This document shows positions 61,495 through 64,000 of a stretch of DNA of 64,000 nucleotides, piece by piece (the stretch's first letter is position 1; each line of letters starts with the position of its first letter). Location: positions 16,120,001 to 16,184,000 of the forward strand of contig NC_086114.1 in assembly GCF_963921235.1 (NCBI RefSeq), written 5' to 3'. The stretch is from Mobula hypostoma (taxonomy: Eukaryota). The position numbers and the translations under genes are program-made. The notes beneath the pieces are model-generated. The model did not search any database and was not told the DNA's origin. It worked only from the letters and a program-made list of their open reading frames with translations.

Positions 61495-63580
61495 GAAGAG
61501 GGGGGTGGGAGGGGGCCGCAGGGGGAGGGGATGAGTGGTCCATGGGGGGTGGGAAGGAGGCTGCAAGGTCGTTCAGGAGTGGGAGTGGGGCAAGTGGTCT
61601 TTGGAGGGGGGGGAGGGGGAGAGGGAGATGGGGCATGAGGTCGCGGGGAGAGAGGGTGCGCCTGAGGGGGGCACAGGGAGAGGGGAGAGGGGGCATGGGG
61701 AAGAGGGGCCGAGGGGACGCGGGCGAAGATGGGCCGAGGGGGAAGAGGGGAGGGGAGCAAAGGCTTGGTGTGAGGTAGAGGGGGAGGAGAGAGTGGGTAT
61801 GGGGGAGAGGGGGAGGAGAGAGTGGATTTGGGGAGAGGGTGGGAGGAGGAAGGGGGGTTGGGTGGTGAGGAGGGTGAGAGGGTTGAGGAGGGGTGGGGGT
61901 TGTAAGGCAAGTGGGTAAGTAGAGAGGAGAGAGGGAGTGGATACAGAGGGGAGAGAGGAGGAGAGAAGGGGAGTGGGGAAGGTGAGGTTTGGAGGAGGAG
62001 GAGGGGTTCAAGAAGTCAGGAGAGAGATGAAAGAGTGGGTTGGGGAGACAGGGTAGGAGATGAAGGTGAGGAAGAGGAGGAGGATTGGGTGAAAGAGGGA
62101 GANNNNNNNNNNNNNNNNNNNNNNNNNNNNNNNNNNNNNNNNNNNNNNNNNNNNNNNNNNNNNNNNNNNNNNNNNNNNNNNNNNNNNNNNNNNNNNNNNN
62201 NNNNNNNNNNNNNNNNNNNNNNNNNNNNNNNNNNNNNNNNNNNNNNNNNNNNNNNNNNNNNNNNNNNNNNNNNNNNNNNNNNNNNNNNNNNNNNNNNNNN
62301 NNNNNNNNNNNNNNNNNNNNNNNNNNNNNNNNNNNNNNNNNNNNNNNNNNNNNNNNNNNNNNNNNNNNNNNNNNNNNNNNNNNNNNNNNNNNNNNNNNNN
62401 NNNNNNNNNNNNNNNNNNNNNNNGGGAGAGAGTGGGGGTGAGAGAGGGAGAGAGGAAGGGAGGGAGGGAGGGGGGGTGAGAGAGGGAGGGAGGGAGGGAG
62501 GGAGTGGGGGTGAGAGAGAGGGAGGGAGGGAGGGAGTGGGGGTGAGAGAGGGAGGGAGGGAGGGAGTGGGGGTGAGAGAGGGACGGAGGGGGGGTGAGAG
62601 AGGNNNNNNNNNNNNNNNNNNNNNNNNNNNNNNNNNNNNNNNNNNNNNNNNNNNNNNNNNNNNNNNNNNNNNNNNNNNNNNNNNNNNNNNNNNNNNNNNN
62701 NNNNNNNNNNNNNNNNNNNNNNNNNNNNNNNNNNNNNNNNNNNNNNNNNNNNNNNNNNNNNNNNNNNNNNNNNNNNNNNNNNNNNNNNNNNNNNNNNNNN
62801 NNNNNNNNNGGGGTGAGAGAGGGAGGGGTGAGAGAGGGAGGGGTGAGAGAGGGAGGGGTGAGAGAGGGAGGGAGGGGTGAGAGAGGGAGGGAGGGGTGAG
62901 AGAGGGAGGGAGGGAGGGAGGGAGAGAGTGGGGGTGAGAGAGGGAGGGAGTGGGGGTGAGAGAGGGACGGAGGGAGGGAGGGAGTGGGGGTGAGAGAGGG
63001 ACGGAGGGAGGGAGGTGAGAGAGGGACGGAGGGAGGGTGAGAGTGGGGGTGAGAGAGGGACGGAGGGAGGGTGAGAGTGGGGGCGTGAGAGGGAGAGGGG
63101 GGCGTGAGGGAGGGAGAGGGGGAGAGGGGGGCGTGAGGGAGGGAGGGAGAGAGTGGGGGTGAGAGAGGGAGGGAGAGAGAGTGGGGTGAGAGAGGGAGGG
63201 AGAGGGGGAGAGTGAGGGAGGGAGGGAGAGAGTGGGGGTGAGAGAGGGAGGGAGAGAGTGGGGGTGAGAGAGGGAGGGAGGGAGAGAGTGGGGGTGAGAG
63301 AGGGAGGGAGGGAGAGAGTGGGGGTGAGAGAGGGAGGGAGGGAGAGAGTGGGGGTAAGAGAGGGAGGGAGAGGGGGAGAGTGAGGGAGGGAGGGAGAGAG
63401 TGGGGGTGAGAGAGGGAGGGAGGGAGAGAGTGGGGGTGAGAGAGGGAGGGAGAGGGGAGAGGGGGGGCGTGAGGGAGGGAGGGAGAGAGTGGGGGTGAGA
63501 GAGTGAGGGAGGGAGAGAGCGGGGGTGAGAGAGGGAGGGGGGGAGAGGGGGAGAGGGGGCGTGAGGGAGGGGGGAAGTGC
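61495..63580. repeat. Polypurine G/A-rich low-complexity and simple tandem repeat with two assembly gaps
   Basis: Units such as GGGGGTGAGAGAGGGAGGGAGGGAGAGAGT; N runs at 62103-62423 and 62604-62809. Confidence 0.95.
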
Positions 63581-64000
63581 GGAGTGAAAGCATGAACGTG
63601 AAAGCAGATTGAGGGAAAGCGGAGGGGATTTGTGAGAGGGAAGGATATGAGTCAAGATCCGTGTGGGGAAGAATTCGAGAAGGGAAGACAGTGCGAGTTA
63701 AAGATAGACGGAAAGAAGTGGGAATGCAGCTTTGTGAAACCCAACTCTCTTCTGCCAGAGGCAATTAGCGATTCGCTCTCAGATCCAACATCACCAACAC
63801 AAACCTGTTCGGTCGAACCCTGTTAATTTTCACGAGAAGTTTTCCTGCAAGCGAAACATGTTATTTTTAAACACGTTTCACAGTATATGCAACATCGCTG
63901 TACTCCTACCCTGGTCTGAAGATTAGACAAGGAACCGGCTGCAAACAACGGGAGGAAGAATCACCAACTCAACACATTTTGATCACACTTTTGTTTGGAA

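Noticed and set aside
61418-63764. 745-aa and 582-aa Pro/Ser/Leu-rich ORFs and the opposite-strand Gly/Glu/Arg ORFs
   Set aside because: Translations of a simple polypurine repeat that span N gaps; stop codons are absent because of base composition.

Overview
Eukaryotic (vertebrate) genomic DNA, probably from a cartilaginous fish (shark or ray), inferred from its repeat families: V-domain tRNA-SINEs, DeuSINE/SacSINE1-like SINEs, CR1, Rex1/Babar and Penelope elements. The only host coding sequence I can support is one minus-strand exon (54145-54765, ATG at 54696) encoding the N-terminus of an ARID3-family transcription factor, most like ARID3B. It ends at ...EWGYEEQFKQ|GT, just before the ARID domain. 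I found no ARID-domain exons, so roughly 1-54144 is probably one intron longer than 54 kb and 54766-64000 is upstream intron or 5' region. The rest is dense transposon debris: CR1, Rex1/Babar, RTE and HERO LINE pieces, Tc1 and hAT DNA elements, SINEs, minisatellites and a gapped polypurine tract. The most striking signal is a Penelope-like (GIY-YIG) retroelement family whose ~150-500 bp terminal units carry a minimal type I hammerhead ribozyme (AGTC-CTGANGA-AGGG-loop-CCC-GAAACGTH-GACT). There are about 20 copies by eye. They include an intact tandem pair with cleavage sites 394 nt apart (retrozyme/circRNA-like), head-to-head hairpins, and insertions with 12-14 bp target-site duplications. Almost all ORFs in the supplied track are spurious or decayed TE fragments. 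All family calls are by motif recognition, without database searches.
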